A stretch of 58,431 nucleotides of DNA, the filler included, from Jimgerdemannia flammicorona (Eukaryota), in NCBI GenBank assembly GCA_003990765.1. It is 3 parts of 3 records of this genome, joined end to end, with 100 filler letters (N's around TTAATTAATTAA, not from the genome) between each part and the next. Parts side by side here need not be neighbours in the genome. Positions count along the whole stretch, not along the records: positions 39,026 to 58,431 come from RBNJ01001947.1; 2 more parts are not named here. One strand, 5' to 3'. The position numbers and the translations under genes are program-made. Below the pieces are notes generated by a model, which saw only the letters and a list, made by a program, of their open reading frames with translations, was not told the origin of the DNA and did no database searches. Positions 55,901-58,431 of the stretch are shown here, one piece after another. Every line of letters begins with the position of its first letter. Position 1 is the stretch's first letter.

Positions 55901-58431
55901 GGGGAGGTGACTGATTGGCATATTGTGAGAATTTGAAAGGAGGTGGAGGAGCTTAAAGGAGTGTTATGAAGAGAGAAGGAGGTGAGGCTGTAGGGAATGG
56001 TGGCCTGACTGCAGTGGCAGGGGCTTGAGGAGGGGGAGAGGCCTACTAGGTTTCTGATGTGGTTGTTATGAGCACAACAAATGAAGCAGTGGTGGGAGGG
56101 AGTTCTGGATGTGAATGGCAAGCTGGTGGTGGGGACTCCAGTGATTCTGGGTTTACTGAGAACCCATTGGGAGAATCTATGGAGTGAGGAGAAAGGAGGA
56201 GTAGATGCTTTGGATATTGAAAGGCAGCTGGGGGATTGGCACCCAAACCCTGCGATGGGCCTAGGGGTTTTGGGGGATACAGTGAGTGGAGAGGAAATTT
56301 GCAAGGTTGTGGTCTCGATGAGTAAGGGGATGGCTTCGGAGGAGGATGGGCTTCTCTGAGATTTTTGGAAAAAGATGGCCAGGGTGGGCAAGGTGCTAGA
56401 GGAAATGACGGCTATGTATGATGAGGTTTTTCAGTCTGGTACTTGGATTGGGGGCCAGTGCCTAGGGCTAGTCTCCTTGCTCTATAAGAATAAGAGAAGG
56501 CAGGAAGATTGGAAGAACTGGTGGCCAATCATGCTACTCGACATGGACCACAAACTGGTGACAAAGATCTTGGTGATGAGACTGCAAGGAATCACTCAGC
56601 AGGTACTTGGTGTGGAGCAGTGTGGGTTTGTCAGTGGCTGGTTGATTTGCAATGGGACAGCTTGGGTATATAGAGTGATTGAAGGTGTCCGGACTACAGG
56701 GGTGAATGGCCATTTGGTATTTCTGAATCAAGAGAAGGCTTATGATAGAGTGTGGAGGATCTGGCTAGAGAGAGTACTGAAATGGATTGGTATCCCCCCA
56801 GGGTTCTGAGGATCATTGATCGGCCTCTTGGAAGACAGTCAGGCAGCATTGGTCATCAATGACTACAGAGGGGTGACCTTTCCCCTGGGACATGGAGTGC
56901 CACAAGGGGACCCCTTGTCACCCATATTGTATGCCCTCTCCTTGGAGCCCCTACTGGGCAGAATTTGACATCAGATTGGGAGTTTGGATATTTTAGAGAT
57001 TAATTGGAAGGTGGGGGCATTTGCTGATGATATGGTGGTCAGGCTGGGCTTCTTGATAGATATGGGAGAGTTACAGAGGTCTGTGGAATAGTATAAGAGG
57101 GGTTCTGGTGCTAAACTAAACTAGCACAAATGCGAGACTCTGGTGCTGGGTGCTGGAATTGTTGGCAGTGATGTAATTGGAATAGTGGTACTGGCTGGTG
57201 AATCAGTGTATTATTTGGGGATTTACTTCTTGGTGTTCAGATCTCTTCTTCCCCATGCATGGTGGAACTGACAACTTCTGGAGTGGGGAAATATTCTGCT
57301 ATGATGGGGTGGTCAGCATATGTCCCTAGTCAGAAGGGTGATGGTGCTGAATGTATATTAGATGCTAAAGCTATGGTATGTGGGGTATCATTTGGATTTT
57401 CCAGCTTGGGTGGTCAAGGGGCTGTTGAAGATGGTAAGGTCGTGGATCTGGGGAGGGTGGCAAAGCCAAGTGAGTTGGGAGGTGCTCACACTGCCTGTGA
57501 AAAGGAGTGGGCTGTGTTTGGTTGACTTTGCTAAGTGGCTTTACTGCTTGAGAGCTTGGTGGTTGAGGAGGGCGAGTGAGCTAAGGGGCTGAGAGTGGGT
57601 GCCACTCATGCAGAGGGTGTGGGAGGTTCGGAATTCTCCTTGTGGTGACTCTGGTGACCGGCTTGCAATGGTGGCCATGGATGGGAGCAGGAGGATATGG
57701 TTTATGGGCTTCTGGTAGGGGGTTGTGGATAGTGTAAAGAAAATTGGACTTTGGTGGCAAGGTGATGAAGCTGAGGAGGATTGGGGATCACAGATGTGGC
57801 AGTGGGACAAGCTTCTACTGGGTGGTGTTCCAGTGGAGGATTTTCGGCTTGGCAAAGATATGGAGTGTTTGCAGGGCTTGGGTGGAGATCTGTGGCCCAA
57901 AGCCTGGCAGAGGGTTGGAATTGATGAGGAGTGGGATTGGAATGGACTCTGGCTCTAGAGCAAACGAGTGAGGCAGTAGCTGCCCCCCAAGTTCTGAGTG
58001 GTGTGGTGGTAAGTCCTATGGCAGAATGTGATGTTGAACTATCAGTCTGGGCACTTGGTGGACAGTGGGATATTCGAGTGCGAGGAATGTTTCAATGTTG
58101 GCCAGGAGGGAGGAGTGGTACAAATGCCTGAACATTGGTTTAGTGAGTGTAAGGTTTTGGAGGAGTTTTGGAGATGCATCATGGACCGGTTAGGACTGTG
58201 TGCCTTGGAGAGAGGGGAAGGGGGGAGATGGGGAGAGCTCTACCAGAGACTGGGGGGTGGGGTTGGGGACAAATGGCTGACCCTTGGTTGGGCCCTGGCT
58301 ATGTGGATTGGGTTGGCTGGGCATTGGGTTTATGTATTTGAGGAGGGATGGTGGATTGGGGTTAGGGACAAGGTAGTATGTTGGGAATGACTATTATTGG
58401 ATATTTTGAATAGCTGGTGGCAAGGGTGGGG
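52990..58431 (+). mobile_element. L1/Tx1-type LINE, degenerate: ORF1 ~53060-54890; ORF2 ~54920 to window end (APE endonuclease, RT, CCHC)
   Basis: IFSLNVN..KRKYIF..LKGLDADLFLLQD, GDFNIV, SKID, SDH (APE); NWWPIMLLDMDHKLVTKIL, QCGFV, NQEKAYDRV, GVPQGDPLSPILY, FADDM (RT); CEEC..EHWFSEC. Confidence 0.92.

Overview
Intron-rich eukaryotic DNA, most likely an early-diverging (Mucoromycota-like) fungus. This is inferred from short GT-AG introns, ERB1, an Integrator subunit, a GH9 gene and a Crinkler-like relic. Two 100-nt N-TTAATTAATTAA-N spacers (19416-19515, 38926-39025) are artificial joins, so adjacency across them is unproven. CpG-rich host islands hold the 3' end of ERB1/BOP1, an INTS13/Asunder homologue, a charge-segregated disordered protein and a 1299-aa type I membrane protein whose GH9 domain has lost both catalytic-base aspartates. 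The rest is nested, C>T-riddled mobile DNA: two long copies and one extra LTR of a Ty3/gypsy chromovirus, a 5.8-kb hAT with a second ORF, hAT MITEs, L1/Tx1-type LINEs and poly(A) insertions. The main candidate for a new system is the chromovirus, which is laid out like a complex retrovirus. Its ~1.9-kb LTRs each encode a ~365-aa acidic protein with two PPxY motifs. Its single polyprotein has a ~300-aa extension before Gag and a dUTPase between the zinc knuckle and the protease. All calls come from reading and hand-aligning the sequence; no database searches were run.
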